Source: Bacteroidales bacterium
GTDB lineage: Bacteria > Bacteroidota > Bacteroidia > Bacteroidales > VadinHA17
DNA: 64,000 bases
Direction: 5' to 3'
Assembly: GCA_036759025.1 (NCBI GenBank)
Contig: DAIOVL010000001.1
Location: 123,539-187,538 of the forward strand
In this document: one piece after another, positions 19,704-29,785 of the stretch
Position numbering within the stretch: the stretch's first letter is position 1
Layout: every line of letters starts with the position of its first letter
Notes under the pieces: generated by a model
Told to the model about the DNA's origin: nothing
The model's input: the letters and a program-made list of their open reading frames with translations, nothing else
Databases searched by the model: none
Program-made: the position numbers and the translations under genes

Positions 19704-21588
19704 TCCATTTATCATACCATTCAACATAGGCCTCTATTTCATTCTGATTTATGCAGTCGTAAGGAGCGTGATATGGTTTCGCGGATTGTCACGTCCCGAC
19801 AAACTCAGGCTTCAGAGAGGTTTTTTCGGACGGTCATTTGGTCAGAGCATAAGGGAAATATTCATGGAATCCCTTCTTCACAGGAGAATTTTTAAAACCA
19901 ATCCCAGGCTGGGATATATGCATATGAGCCTGGCTTTTGGCTGGTTCCTTCTTATACTTTTCGGGACTCTTGAAGCTGACATTTTCGGAGAAAGACATCT
20001 TAACCCGCCTTACAAGGCTATTTTCTTCAAGTTCTTTCATCCCGATCATGGCAGATCAGGCATAGAAGCCGTTTGGGCATTTATGATGGATTTTATTCTC
20101 GCCTTCATATTATCGGGACTGCTACTGGCTATTATAAAAAGAATATGGTCGCGTGTTGTGGGTATGAAAAAAACTACAAGATTGAAACCACTCGACAAGA
20201 TAGCATTGCTCTCCCTCTGGTCGATATTTCCCAGCCGCCTCCTGGCCGAGAGTTTTACCAGCGGGGCCTACGGAACCGGAAGCTTCCTTACCGGGTCGCT
20301 CGGTTCATGGCTCTCTTCATTTCTTCCTGCCCACGAAATGGCATATCCCTTCTGGTGGCTTTATTCCCTGTCTCTAGGCACATTTTTTATCCTTCTGCCT
20401 GTAACAAGATATATGCACATCCCCTCGGAACTCTTCCTGATATTTGCGCGTAACTCAGGAATAAGAACGGGCGACAGGGCTGGGGCTTTCACCGAAATGC
20501 AGGTATATTCATGCTCATCATGCGGGATTTGTATCGATGTATGTCAGCTAAATTTTTCAACCGGGATAACGAGCATCCAGTCGGCTTATCTTTTAAAAGG
20601 TATCCGGAATAATGAAGATGTCAGCGATATTGCATTCAACTGCCTGATGTGTGGCCGCTGCGATCAGAATTGCCCTGTTGGCATCGAACTTACCCCCATC
20701 AGGATGATACAGAGAAGGGCAGGAGAGTCAGTCTCAGAGTCAAAGACCCTGTTAAAAAGATACTTTCCGGACAACCCGGTTGCACAGCCACTAAAAACTG
20801 AGACGGATCCAGCCTTCGATTTTCTCAAACCTGAAGAACCCCCGAAAGCAGATGTATTATACTTTGCAGGATGCATGACACATCTCACCCCTTCGGTTAA
20901 AAATGCAATGATCAGGATCCTTGAGGCTTCGGGGGTGAGGTATGAATTTATAGACAAAGAAGGTGGTGTATGCTGCGGAAGACCGCTTATGCTCGCCGGC
21001 CAGACAAAAGAAGCCAGGGAACTCATTAACTACAACTCTGAGCTTATCTGGAAATCCGGAGCTCACACTCTTGTCACCTCATGTCCGATATGCTACAAGG
21101 TGTTCAGGGAAAGCTATTACCTTGACGTGGAAGTCCAGCATCATTCCCAGTTCATCAAGGATCTGATTGACGAGGGAATACTGAAGCTGAATTTTATCAG
21201 AAAGAGGGTTAATTACCATACACCCTGCGATCTTGGAAGGGGATCAGGTGTCTATGATGAACCGAAAGATGTTTTAAGGCATGTGGTAAGGCTTCAGAAG
21301 ACAGAAGCCGACGATGAAAATGCTCCATGTTGCGGAGGAAGCCTTGGAAATATGAAGATAAATCATCATCAGCGACATCAGATAGCTGTCGATGCTGCGA
21401 AAATGCTTACCGTTAAAAATCCGGATATTCTTGCAACCTCCTGTCCTCTGTGCAAGAAAACCCTTGCTGCCGCGACAAGTACCAGGGTTGCCGATATAGC
21501 TGAAATAGTAGCTGATGCAATCGTTCCTGCCGATCCGGTGAAAAGATTTACCGATCCTTTACACAGGATGAAACAACCTGTTACCTGA
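19693..21588 (+). CDS. Membrane-anchored (Fe-S)-binding protein: N-terminal polytopic (NarI/DsrM/HdrE-like) domain fused to an HdrD/DsrK-like 4Fe-4S + double CCG domain
   Basis: About 260 aa with 5-6 TM segments and conserved His (YMHMS, RYMHIP). Then CSSCGICIDVC ... CLMCGRCDQNCP, then CCG-type motifs FAGCMTH, VCCGRPL, TSCPICYK, HTPCDLGRG, PCCGGSLG, TSCPLCKK. Confidence 0.75.
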   Translation: MQFDPFIIPFNIGLYFILIYAVVRSVIWFRGLSRPDKLRLQRGFFGRSFGQSIREIFMESLLHRRIFKTNPRLGYMHMSLAFGWFLLILFGTLEADIFGERHLNPPYKAIFFKFFHPDHGRSGIEAVWAFMMDFILAFILSGLLLAIIKRIWSRVVGMKKTTRLKPLDKIALLSLWSIFPSRLLAESFTSGAYGTGSFLTGSLGSWLSSFLPAHEMAYPFWWLYSLSLGTFFILLPVTRYMHIPSELFLIFARNSGIRTGDRAGAFTEMQVYSCSSCGICIDVCQLNFSTGITSIQSAYLLKGIRNNEDVSDIAFNCLMCGRCDQNCPVGIELTPIRMIQRRAGESVSESKTLLKRYFPDNPVAQPLKTETDPAFDFLKPEEPPKADVLYFAGCMTHLTPSVKNAMIRILEASGVRYEFIDKEGGVCCGRPLMLAGQTKEARELINYNSELIWKSGAHTLVTSCPICYKVFRESYYLDVEVQHHSQFIKDLIDEGILKLNFIRKRVNYHTPCDLGRGSGVYDEPKDVLRHVVRLQKTEADDENAPCCGGSLGNMKINHHQRHQIAVDAAKMLTVKNPDILATSCPLCKKTLAAATSTRVADIAEIVADAIVPADPVKRFTDPLHRMKQPVT

Positions 21589-24500
21589 CGCTCTTCACTT
21601 TTTTACCTTCAATCCATTTCCTTGCATTCACGAAGGCCTTCATCCAGGGTGTTATTTCGTCGGATCTTCTTTCTGATGGATACCAACCGCACTGCCACGG
21701 GAAGAATGCCCTTTCCAGGTGTGGCATAACTGCCAGATGACGTCCATCATCTGAACATAACCCGGCAACATCGTAGTCGGAGCCGTTAGGATTGGCCGGA
21801 TAGGTATGTGAGGAGTATTTCATGGTAATGTTATACCTTTTTTCGTCGTATGGCAATGAAAATCTGCCTTCTCCATGGGCTACCCATATTCCAAGTTCCA
21901 TGCCTTCAAGATCACCAAGCATCACAGAGTTACTCTCGGTAATTTTTACACCCAGAAATGCCGACTCAAATTTCTCAGAGCTGTTGTGGAGGAGCCCGGG
22001 CATTTTTTTATGACGGGGGTAAATGAGGCCTAATTCAGCCATTAGCTGACATCCGTTGCATACCCCCAGAGAAAGCGTGTCTTTCCTGCGGTAAAATCTT
22101 TCAAGAGCCTTATTTGCCCGGGGATTAAACCTGAAAGCTCCTGCCCATCCTTTTGCAGAGCCCAGGACGTCGGAGTTCGAAAAGCCTCCGACAAAAACTA
22201 TCATGCTTACATCGTCAAGAGTCTCTCTTTCCGTTATCAGGTCGGTCATGTGAACATCCTTTACATCGAAACCTGCCAGATACAGAGCATAAGCCATTTC
22301 CCTGTCGCCATTCACTCCTTTTTCCCTTATTATGGCAGCTCCCGTTCCGCTCTTCCTTCTCCTTGAGGGAGAGATTCCAAGCGACCTGAATGTCCCTTTG
22401 AAATCCTTAAGTTCATATTTAAGTTCGTGCCGGATATAATTATTGAACCTTGCCTTTGCCATACCCTCACCTGATTGCTTACGGTCAAGAAGATATGAGC
22501 TCCTGAACCATGTATCGCGAAGATCGTCGATGTCAAATACACCATTGTAATCTTCGTTTCTAATGAAAAGCTTCCTTTCGTTTATGGGATGACCTAACGC
22601 CAGGTATGATATCCCGTTCTCAAGAAGGATCTCTGCAACTTCAGCTTCCTCTTTTACCTGGATCAGTATACCCGGATTCTGGCTGAAAAGAAGTTTAACG
22701 GTATCAATGTCGTTAAGTCCAGAGAGGTTAATGGTAAGGCCTCCTGAAGTATTTGAAAAGCACATTTCCAGTAAAGCGGTGAATAAACCACCTGCAGAGA
22801 TATCGTGGCCTGCAAGAATCTTTTCCTTGATAATGAGATGCTGCACTGTATTAAACACCTCTGCAAAGTATTCAGGGTCCTTCACAGTGGGACTTGAATT
22901 TCCGAGCCGGTTGAGAACCTGGGCAAAGCTGCTGCCCCCGGGTTTTTTATCATCACGACTCATGTCGATATAGATGATGCTTGAGTAGGGATCGTTCACG
23001 ATCACCGGCTCCACAATTTTCCTTATGTCACTAACTTCAGCAGCAGCCGTTATAATCACTGTGCCGGGTGCAAAGACAACCTGTCCGGGATACTTCTGAG
23101 TCATGGAAAGACTATCCTTGCCAGTCGGGATGTTGATTCCCAGTGCTGTGGCAAAGTCACCCGCTGCTTTCACGGCTTTGTAGAGCCTTGCATCTTCGCC
23201 CGGGTTCCTGCAGGGCCACATCCAGTTAGCCGATAATGAAACACCCCTGAGCCTGTGAGTGAGAGGGGCCCAGATGATGTTGGTAAGCGCTTCGGCGATA
23301 GCAAGAACCGAACCGGCTTCAGGATCGATAAGTCCGGCTGCCGGGGCATGCCCCAATGAAGTTGCCATTCCGGCTTTACCTCTGTAATCAAGCGCTATAG
23401 CGCCAAGGTTATTAAGAGGAAGCTGAAGTGGTCCGGCACACTGTTGTCTGGCAATCCTTCCCGTTACCGACCGGTCCACTTTGTTGGTGAGCCAGTCTTT
23501 GCATGCAACTTCTTCCAGTTGCAGCACCATAGAGATGTAATCATGTATCCTGTCCTGCGAATATTCAACCTTTTCCCATTTAACCGGAATCGATTTATCG
23601 GTCATTATTGTCCTTGGAGGCTTTCCGAAAAGAGCTTCAAGTTTAAGATCAATGGGTTTTTCTTCCGTGACGGGATTTAGGAAAGTGAACTGGTGGTCGC
23701 CTGTTATGTTTCCGACGACGTATATCGGAGCTCTCTCTCTTTCAGCTATTTGCCGGAGTTTTTTCACTGAAGCACTGTTCAGCACAAGTCCCATCCTTTC
23801 CTGTGATTCATTACCGATCAATTCTTTTGAAGAGAGAGTGGGATCTCCAACAGGAAGTTTACTGATATCAATCGAGCCTCCTGTGGCTTCAACCAGTTCA
23901 GAAAGACAATTGAGATGACCTCCTGCCCCGTGGTCGTGAATTGAAATGACAGGATTCGACTCCATTTCACAAAGAGCCCTTATAGCATTGTACACTCTCT
24001 TCTGCATCTCCGGGTTGGCACGCTGCACGGCGTTTAGTTCTATCGCACTGTCGAATTTTCCTGTATCGACAGATGATACTGCACCTCCGCCCATTCCTAT
24101 CCTGTAATTATCGCCTCCCAGAAGGACTATAAGATCTCCCTTTACAGGAACTGATTTTGCACTGTCTTTTTTCTTTCCGGAACCTATGCCGCCTGCAAGC
24201 ATTATCACCTTATCGAAACCGTAGTTCCTGTCATTTTCAAAGTGTTCAAATGTCAGCAGCGATCCGCAAATAAGTGGCTGTCCGAACTTATTCCCGAAAT
24301 CGCTGGCCCCGTTCGATGCCTTTATAAGGATGTCTTCGGGAGTCTGGTAAAGCCATGGTCTTGCATCAGTATTCAGCTCCCATGGTCTTCCATTATCGGG
24401 TCGTGGATATGAGGTCATATATACTGCAGTCCCGGCTACAGGAAAGGCTCCTTTGCCTCCGGCGATGCGATCCCTTATTTCACCTCCCGTGCCTGTTGAA

Positions 24501-25279
24501 GCCCCGTTGAAGGGTTCAACAGTTGTAGGAAAATTATGTGTTTCGGCTTTAAGTGAAAGGACCGATTCGAAGGTCCTGACGTTAAAATAATCCGGCTTAT
24601 CCTGTGTTGCAGGAGCAAACTGCTCGGCAGAGGGTCCCTGAATAAATGCGCAGTTATCTTTATAGGCCGACACAACTTTGTTTGGATGCCTCAGGGTGGT
24701 GTTTTTTATTATTTCAAACAGTGAATATGGCTGTTCCTTACCGTCGATAATGAAAGTGCCGTTAAAAATTTTATGCCTGCAGTGTTCAGAGTTAACCTGC
24801 GAAAATCCGAATACCTCACTGTCGGTTAGTTTTCTTCCGATCTTTTGCGAGAGATCTTCAAGATAGGCTATTTCTTCAGTGTTCAGGGCAAGACCTTCCT
24901 TTTCATTGTACTCACTGATATCATCGATCATTATAACAGGTTCAGGTTCCCTGTCGACAGTGAAGAGATTCTGATCAAGCCCTTCGTATAACGACTGGAG
25001 CATCGGATCGTGATGAGTGGTTTCCGTGGCAGGAAAAAACTCCTCGATTCTGGCTATCCCTCTTATTCCCATGTTCTGGGTAATCTCAACAGCATTTGTG
25101 CTCCAGGGAGTGATCATTTCCTTTCGTGGTCCAATGAACCGGCCTGTTATACTGGTCTTTGCCAGCGATCTTGCATTTCCGAAGAGCCAGTTAAGTTTTT
25201 CGTAATCTTTTGCAGAAAGATTGCGATCGGCTCCCGCAGCAATTATGTTTTCTGATGCGGTTTTAAAGAAGAATATCAT
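21581..25279 (-). CDS. purL: Phosphoribosylformylglycinamidine synthase, single-chain large form
   Basis: 1232 aa with AIR-synthase-like repeats and a C-terminal glutamine amidotransferase domain (LGVCNGCQLM...). Overall pattern is large PurL. Confidence 0.95.
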   Translation of the reverse strand: MIFFFKTASENIIAAGADRNLSAKDYEKLNWLFGNARSLAKTSITGRFIGPRKEMITPWSTNAVEITQNMGIRGIARIEEFFPATETTHHDPMLQSLYEGLDQNLFTVDREPEPVIMIDDISEYNEKEGLALNTEEIAYLEDLSQKIGRKLTDSEVFGFSQVNSEHCRHKIFNGTFIIDGKEQPYSLFEIIKNTTLRHPNKVVSAYKDNCAFIQGPSAEQFAPATQDKPDYFNVRTFESVLSLKAETHNFPTTVEPFNGASTGTGGEIRDRIAGGKGAFPVAGTAVYMTSYPRPDNGRPWELNTDARPWLYQTPEDILIKASNGASDFGNKFGQPLICGSLLTFEHFENDRNYGFDKVIMLAGGIGSGKKKDSAKSVPVKGDLIVLLGGDNYRIGMGGGAVSSVDTGKFDSAIELNAVQRANPEMQKRVYNAIRALCEMESNPVISIHDHGAGGHLNCLSELVEATGGSIDISKLPVGDPTLSSKELIGNESQERMGLVLNSASVKKLRQIAERERAPIYVVGNITGDHQFTFLNPVTEEKPIDLKLEALFGKPPRTIMTDKSIPVKWEKVEYSQDRIHDYISMVLQLEEVACKDWLTNKVDRSVTGRIARQQCAGPLQLPLNNLGAIALDYRGKAGMATSLGHAPAAGLIDPEAGSVLAIAEALTNIIWAPLTHRLRGVSLSANWMWPCRNPGEDARLYKAVKAAGDFATALGINIPTGKDSLSMTQKYPGQVVFAPGTVIITAAAEVSDIRKIVEPVIVNDPYSSIIYIDMSRDDKKPGGSSFAQVLNRLGNSSPTVKDPEYFAEVFNTVQHLIIKEKILAGHDISAGGLFTALLEMCFSNTSGGLTINLSGLNDIDTVKLLFSQNPGILIQVKEEAEVAEILLENGISYLALGHPINERKLFIRNEDYNGVFDIDDLRDTWFRSSYLLDRKQSGEGMAKARFNNYIRHELKYELKDFKGTFRSLGISPSRRRKSGTGAAIIREKGVNGDREMAYALYLAGFDVKDVHMTDLITERETLDDVSMIVFVGGFSNSDVLGSAKGWAGAFRFNPRANKALERFYRRKDTLSLGVCNGCQLMAELGLIYPRHKKMPGLLHNSSEKFESAFLGVKITESNSVMLGDLEGMELGIWVAHGEGRFSLPYDEKRYNITMKYSSHTYPANPNGSDYDVAGLCSDDGRHLAVMPHLERAFFPWQCGWYPSERRSDEITPWMKAFVNARKWIEGKKVKSVR

Positions 25280-25331
25280 CTGTTGAGGTTTACAAATACT
25301 TTAAACAGTTGCTTGTAGCTATTTCTATTTA

Positions 25332-27365
25332 TTACTTAAGGCCGCTTCTTTCCAGAAAGGCTTCCTGGGAAGGTTTCCTTCCTCTGAATTTAATATACAG
25401 GTTCATAGGCTTTTCAGAGCCTCCCTTTTCAAGTATATTATGTCTGAAAGATTCAGCTGTTTCAGTATCGAAGATCCCTTTTTCCCTGAAAAGGCTGAAA
25501 GCATCGGCATCAAGTACTTCAGCCCATTTATATCCATAATATCCGGCGGCATAACCTCCTCCGAAAATATGTCCGAATGAAACACTCATGTTTGATCCTT
25601 CAACGTGAGGAAAGAGTTCCGTTCCTGACAGAGCTTCAGATTCAAGTTTTTCAGGTTCCTGGTCAAAAGCACCTGTAATGGTATGCCATGCCATATCCAG
25701 AAAGGCAAAACCAATTTGCCTGTTGCATGCATATCCTTCGTTGAAGGTCGAGGAAGCCTTTATCTTATCAATAAGTTCATCACTGATGGGTTCCCCGGTC
25801 TTGTAATGGACGGCCCATTCCGAAAGCCACTCCTTTTCAAATGCATAATTCTCCATGAATTGTGAGGGAAGCTCAACGAAATCACGTGCCACATTTGTTC
25901 CCGACAGGCTGACGAACCGGCATTTGCTAAGCATTCCATGCAGAGCATGTCCGAATTCATGCAGAAATGTCGTCAGCTCACTGAATGACAGGAGGGAGGG
26001 TTTCGTTTCTCCCGGCCGGGTAAAATTTGTTACGACAGACACCTGAGGCCGGATGTCTGAACCATTGATGATCTTCTGTTCCCTGAAATTAGTCATCCAT
26101 GCACCTCCGCTTTTTCCGGGTCTGGGGAAATAATCGATATACAGTATCGCAAGCAGACGACCGTTATCCTCATCATGTACTCTCCATCTTTTCACCTCAT
26201 GATGATAAGCCTGTATGGTATGATCTTCAACGAAACCGATATTGTATAAGCGTGATGCAAGGCTGAAGACTGCCTTCTCCACATTGTCAAGCGAAAAATA
26301 AGGTTTCAGGACCTCGTCATCGATATCGAATTCAGCCTTTTGTAATTTTTCAGAGTAATAAGCCCAATCCCATTTTTCAAGTTCACCCCGATGTCCGGTT
26401 TTGAGAGCGAATTCCCTTACAGCGTTATAATCCTTTTGTGCAGCAGGTTTTGCTGCTGCGTAAAGGTTCTGAAGAAAAGACATTACGTCGGAAGTATTCT
26501 CAGCCATCCGGTCACTTAAAGCTACCTCGGCGTAGGAATTGAAGCCCAGGATAACAGCCATTTCAAGTCTCAGGTTTGCTATCCTGCAGGCAAGTTCACG
26601 ATTATCATGGTCGTCATTATGGTAGGCTCTCGAGGAAAAAGCTCTGAACATCTTTTCCCTAAGCTTTCTGTTGTCGGAATACTTCATGAACGGAACAAAA
26701 CTTGGAGAATGAAGTGTGAATACCCATCCTTTTTTCCCTCTTCCTTTAGCTTCTGCGGCAGCAGCTTCAATCACTCCTTCAGGAAGGCCTGCCAGGTCGT
26801 CCCTGCTGGTAAGATGTAATTCGTACAGGTTGGTGTCTTCGAGAATGTTCTCCTCGAATCTGACCGATAACCGGGAAAGTTCCTCAGATATTTCCCGGAA
26901 TCTTTTCTTTTTCGAATCTTCAAGACCTGCACCTCCCAGTATGAAGTTCCTGTACTGTTTTTCGAGAAGCAACAATTCTTCGGTGTCAGGAACTGATGAA
27001 TGACGTGATTCATAAACGGCGCTTACTCTCCTGAAGAGTTTGTCATTCATGGTAATATCATTGGAAAAGCGCGCCAGAAGAGGAGATACGTGCTGTGCTA
27101 CAGCCTGTAGTTCCTTGCTGGTTTCAGCATTATTGAGGTTGAAAAGCACGGCTGTGATATTACCGAGTATTTCCCCTGTGTTGTCGAGTGCTTCGACAGT
27201 ATTATGAAAATCAGGAGGTTCAGGGTCCGACGCTATTGCCTCAACCTGCAGTGCTGCTGCTTTTATAGCTTCTTCCACTGCAGGAATGAAATGTGATATC
27301 TTAATCAGGTCAAAGGGAGGTGTGCCGTAAGGAGTATCCCATGTCTGTAACAGAGGGTTATTCAT
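25332..27365 (-). CDS. dcp: M3 family metallopeptidase (peptidyl-dipeptidase Dcp / oligopeptidase A-like)
   Basis: HEFGHALHGML zinc motif. Its 677-aa length and overall pattern fit the M3A family. Confidence 0.85.
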   Translation of the reverse strand: MNNPLLQTWDTPYGTPPFDLIKISHFIPAVEEAIKAAALQVEAIASDPEPPDFHNTVEALDNTGEILGNITAVLFNLNNAETSKELQAVAQHVSPLLARFSNDITMNDKLFRRVSAVYESRHSSVPDTEELLLLEKQYRNFILGGAGLEDSKKKRFREISEELSRLSVRFEENILEDTNLYELHLTSRDDLAGLPEGVIEAAAAEAKGRGKKGWVFTLHSPSFVPFMKYSDNRKLREKMFRAFSSRAYHNDDHDNRELACRIANLRLEMAVILGFNSYAEVALSDRMAENTSDVMSFLQNLYAAAKPAAQKDYNAVREFALKTGHRGELEKWDWAYYSEKLQKAEFDIDDEVLKPYFSLDNVEKAVFSLASRLYNIGFVEDHTIQAYHHEVKRWRVHDEDNGRLLAILYIDYFPRPGKSGGAWMTNFREQKIINGSDIRPQVSVVTNFTRPGETKPSLLSFSELTTFLHEFGHALHGMLSKCRFVSLSGTNVARDFVELPSQFMENYAFEKEWLSEWAVHYKTGEPISDELIDKIKASSTFNEGYACNRQIGFAFLDMAWHTITGAFDQEPEKLESEALSGTELFPHVEGSNMSVSFGHIFGGGYAAGYYGYKWAEVLDADAFSLFREKGIFDTETAESFRHNILEKGGSEKPMNLYIKFRGRKPSQEAFLERSGLK

Positions 27366-27449
27366 AATTCTGTATATTGACCTGTCTTTTACAATATATG
27401 ACTCAGAATTCTCTGTTAAAAAGAATCCCGGGCAGTTTCAGGTGTATCT

Positions 27450-27830
27450 TCAGAAGGGAAGATCGCTCAGCTCATCGTTGTCGGGCGGGATATCTTCAAG
27501 CTGACGGCCGGGTATCACATTTTCTTCCGGAACCTGACCGGTGACTCTTTCAATCTTCCATGCATCGAGGTTGGTGAAATAGTTCACCTTCCCATCGCGC
27601 TCCCACCTGTTACCCTTCAGGTTGAACCAGATCCTTACGTCTTCGTTCAGAAACGATTCATTTATCAGATCACATTTATCCTGAACGAGCTGAAACTTGA
27701 TATAATCGATAAAAACAGCAGACCCTCCCGACTCTTTTTTTTCGATGACGAATTCACGTTTCCGGAATTTGTCACTTACCTGGTTAACAGGCATTATTTC
27801 AATTATTCTGCCGGTAATTTCAAATGCCAT
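27450..27830 (-). CDS. DUF3127 domain protein
   Basis: 126 aa with N-terminus MAFEITGRIIEIMPVNQVSDKFRKREFVI..., typical of the Bacteroidota DUF3127 OB-fold-like family. Confidence 0.6.
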   Translation of the reverse strand: MAFEITGRIIEIMPVNQVSDKFRKREFVIEKKESGGSAVFIDYIKFQLVQDKCDLINESFLNEDVRIWFNLKGNRWERDGKVNYFTNLDAWKIERVTGQVPEENVIPGRQLEDIPPDNDELSDLPF

Positions 27831-27835
27831 TTTTT

Positions 27836-28297
27836 TCAGTCTTCGTTTATAATTATTTTTTCAATTTTGTCGCCCTGACGGATAAGGTCGATAACTTCGA
27901 CCCCTTCGTATACCTTTCCGAAACAAGTGTGCTGCCTGTCAAGGTGTTTGGTATTGGAACGGCTGTGGCAGATAAAGAACTGTGATCCACCGGTATTCCT
28001 TCCTGCGTGAGCCATAGACAAAACTCCCCTGTCATGGTACTGGTTGGCACCGGTAAGTTCACAGTTGATCCTGTAGCCCGGGCCCCCTGTTCCGATCCTG
28101 GGATCAGCCATGTCTTTTGAAAAGGGGCATCCTCCCTGTATTACGAAATCGGGTATCACCCTGTGAAATGCAAGTCCGTCGTAAAATCCCTTTTTTGCCA
28201 GCGAAACGAAGTTGTCAACAGTAGCAGGGGCGTCATCCTCATAGAAGTTCACCTTCATGACACCCTTGCCGGTATGTATTTCAGCGTTTCTCATCAC
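27836..28297 (-). CDS. Cyclophilin-type peptidyl-prolyl cis-trans isomerase
   Basis: FHRVIPDFVIQGG ... GVLSMAHAGRNTGGSQFFI motifs. Confidence 0.9.
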   Translation of the reverse strand: MMRNAEIHTGKGVMKVNFYEDDAPATVDNFVSLAKKGFYDGLAFHRVIPDFVIQGGCPFSKDMADPRIGTGGPGYRINCELTGANQYHDRGVLSMAHAGRNTGGSQFFICHSRSNTKHLDRQHTCFGKVYEGVEVIDLIRQGDKIEKIIINED

Positions 28298-29004
28298 TGG
28301 ATAATATCGAGAAGTTCAACATCAAAGATAAGTGTTGAGAAAGGCCTGATAGCTTCACCGGCGCCTCTTGAGCCATAAGCAAGGTCTGCTGGCAGGTAGA
28401 TCATGAATTTGGAACCTACAGGCATAAGCTGCAGAGCTTCAGTCCAGCCCGGGATAACATTGGCAAGCGGAAACTCAGCCGGTTCTCCATCCCTTGATGT
28501 GTCGAATTCAGTTCCGTCGATAAGTGTTCCTGTGTAATGTACCCTGACAGTGCTGAGAGCTGATGGTTTTTGTCCGCTGCCCATCTTTACCACTTCATAC
28601 TGAAGACCGCTGGCTGTAACCTGAACGCCTTCCTTTTCCTTGTTTTTTTCCAGGAAAAGAGTATTCTCCTCTATATAATCCTTGTAAAGCACCTTGTTTG
28701 CTTCAGCTTCTTTTTCAGCTCTTTCTGCTTCACGTATATTGATGAAGTCCATAATAATCGATCTGGCTTCCTCCTCGGTCATCTCCGACTTCTGTTCCTG
28801 TCCGTCCATCATTGCCTTTGCTACCAGAACTGGATTCAGCTCCAGACTATCTGTACTGAGTGAGCCATAATAAAAGACTCCGAAAGCGTATGATAGTGAG
28901 TCCATATTGCTTTTCATCTTAGCGCCCTGTATTGCATTGTTTGCACATGATCCAAGCATCATGGACATTACAGCAGTAATTACGATAATTCCCTTGATTT
29001 TCAT
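28294..29004 (-). CDS. FKBP-type peptidyl-prolyl isomerase lipoprotein (FklB/Mip-like)
   Basis: C-terminal FKBP domain VHYTGTLIDGTEFDTS ... IPGWTEAL ... LIFDVELLDI. Lipobox MLGSC. Start chosen at MKIKGII (29004); the ORF extends to 29034. Confidence 0.85.
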   Translation of the reverse strand: MKIKGIIVITAVMSMMLGSCANNAIQGAKMKSNMDSLSYAFGVFYYGSLSTDSLELNPVLVAKAMMDGQEQKSEMTEEEARSIIMDFINIREAERAEKEAEANKVLYKDYIEENTLFLEKNKEKEGVQVTASGLQYEVVKMGSGQKPSALSTVRVHYTGTLIDGTEFDTSRDGEPAEFPLANVIPGWTEALQLMPVGSKFMIYLPADLAYGSRGAGEAIRPFSTLIFDVELLDIIQ

Positions 29005-29078
29005 AATGATTATTTTAATTTTAAATTTCCGCAAAGATAATACTTTGAGGTCACTAAAAAACAGTTACGATTTTTTTT

Positions 29079-29735
29079 TCAGATTTTGACGGCGCGCATC
29101 ATATGACGCTTGCCCGGAGGCCCCGGAAGCATTTCCGGAATGAATCCGACTGCCCTGAGGATTCGCTTAACCTCACCCTTGCAGGAATAGGTTACCAGTA
29201 TCCCTCCTGAGGATGTTACGGCAGCAATCTTTTCGAAAATTTCCCTGCTCCACATATCCGGCTGTTTGTCGGGCCCGAAAGCATCAAAATAAATCAGGTC
29301 GAAACTACCTTCCAGGGCTTCGGTGAGTAAATCGGCTTTCTTTTTGAGAAGATTGAAGTTTTTACAAATCGAAGTCATCTTTCCCCAGGACGCCATTCTA
29401 ATAGCATCTGCTAACTGGGTCCCATTTGCGCCTGTATAATGCCTGTGATTCAATAACTTCATAACTTCATCATCAAGAGGGTATTTTTCAACCGCAGTAT
29501 AGAAAACCTCTCTTGATCCTTCCAGGCTTCTTGCAGCAGTCAGAAGGGCATTGAGTCCGGTGCCGAAACCGACCTCGAAAATATTGACAGGATCAGCCTT
29601 GCAGGTGTCGAATCCGGCTTTCAGAAAGATGTGCTCCGACTCCTGCACAGCGCCGTGTACAGAATGATAATGCTCATTTATCTCAGGCAGGTAAATTGTG
29701 TGCGATCCGTCGGAGGTTACGATGATGCCGGGCAT
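29079..29735 (-). CDS. MnmC N-terminal-domain-like SAM-dependent tRNA (mnm5s2U34) methyltransferase
   Basis: IFEVGFGTGLN SAM motif and the characteristic YFDAFGPDKQPDMW. The ORF runs to 29858, but MPGIIVTSDGSHT (29735) avoids the upstream gene and the heptad repeat. Confidence 0.7.
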   Translation of the reverse strand: MPGIIVTSDGSHTIYLPEINEHYHSVHGAVQESEHIFLKAGFDTCKADPVNIFEVGFGTGLNALLTAARSLEGSREVFYTAVEKYPLDDEVMKLLNHRHYTGANGTQLADAIRMASWGKMTSICKNFNLLKKKADLLTEALEGSFDLIYFDAFGPDKQPDMWSREIFEKIAAVTSSGGILVTYSCKGEVKRILRAVGFIPEMLPGPPGKRHMMRAVKI

Positions 29736-29743
29736 AGGTTTAA

Positions 29744-29785
29744 GGATTTCGGATTTCGGATTGTGGATTTCGGATTGAGGATTAT
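29744..29785. repeat. Tandem heptanucleotide repeat (GGATTTC)n, six units
   Basis: ggatttc ggatttc ggattgt ggatttc ggattga ggattat, read directly from the sequence. It spans the stop codon of the phosphatase gene and the gap before the methyltransferase start. Confidence 0.8.
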
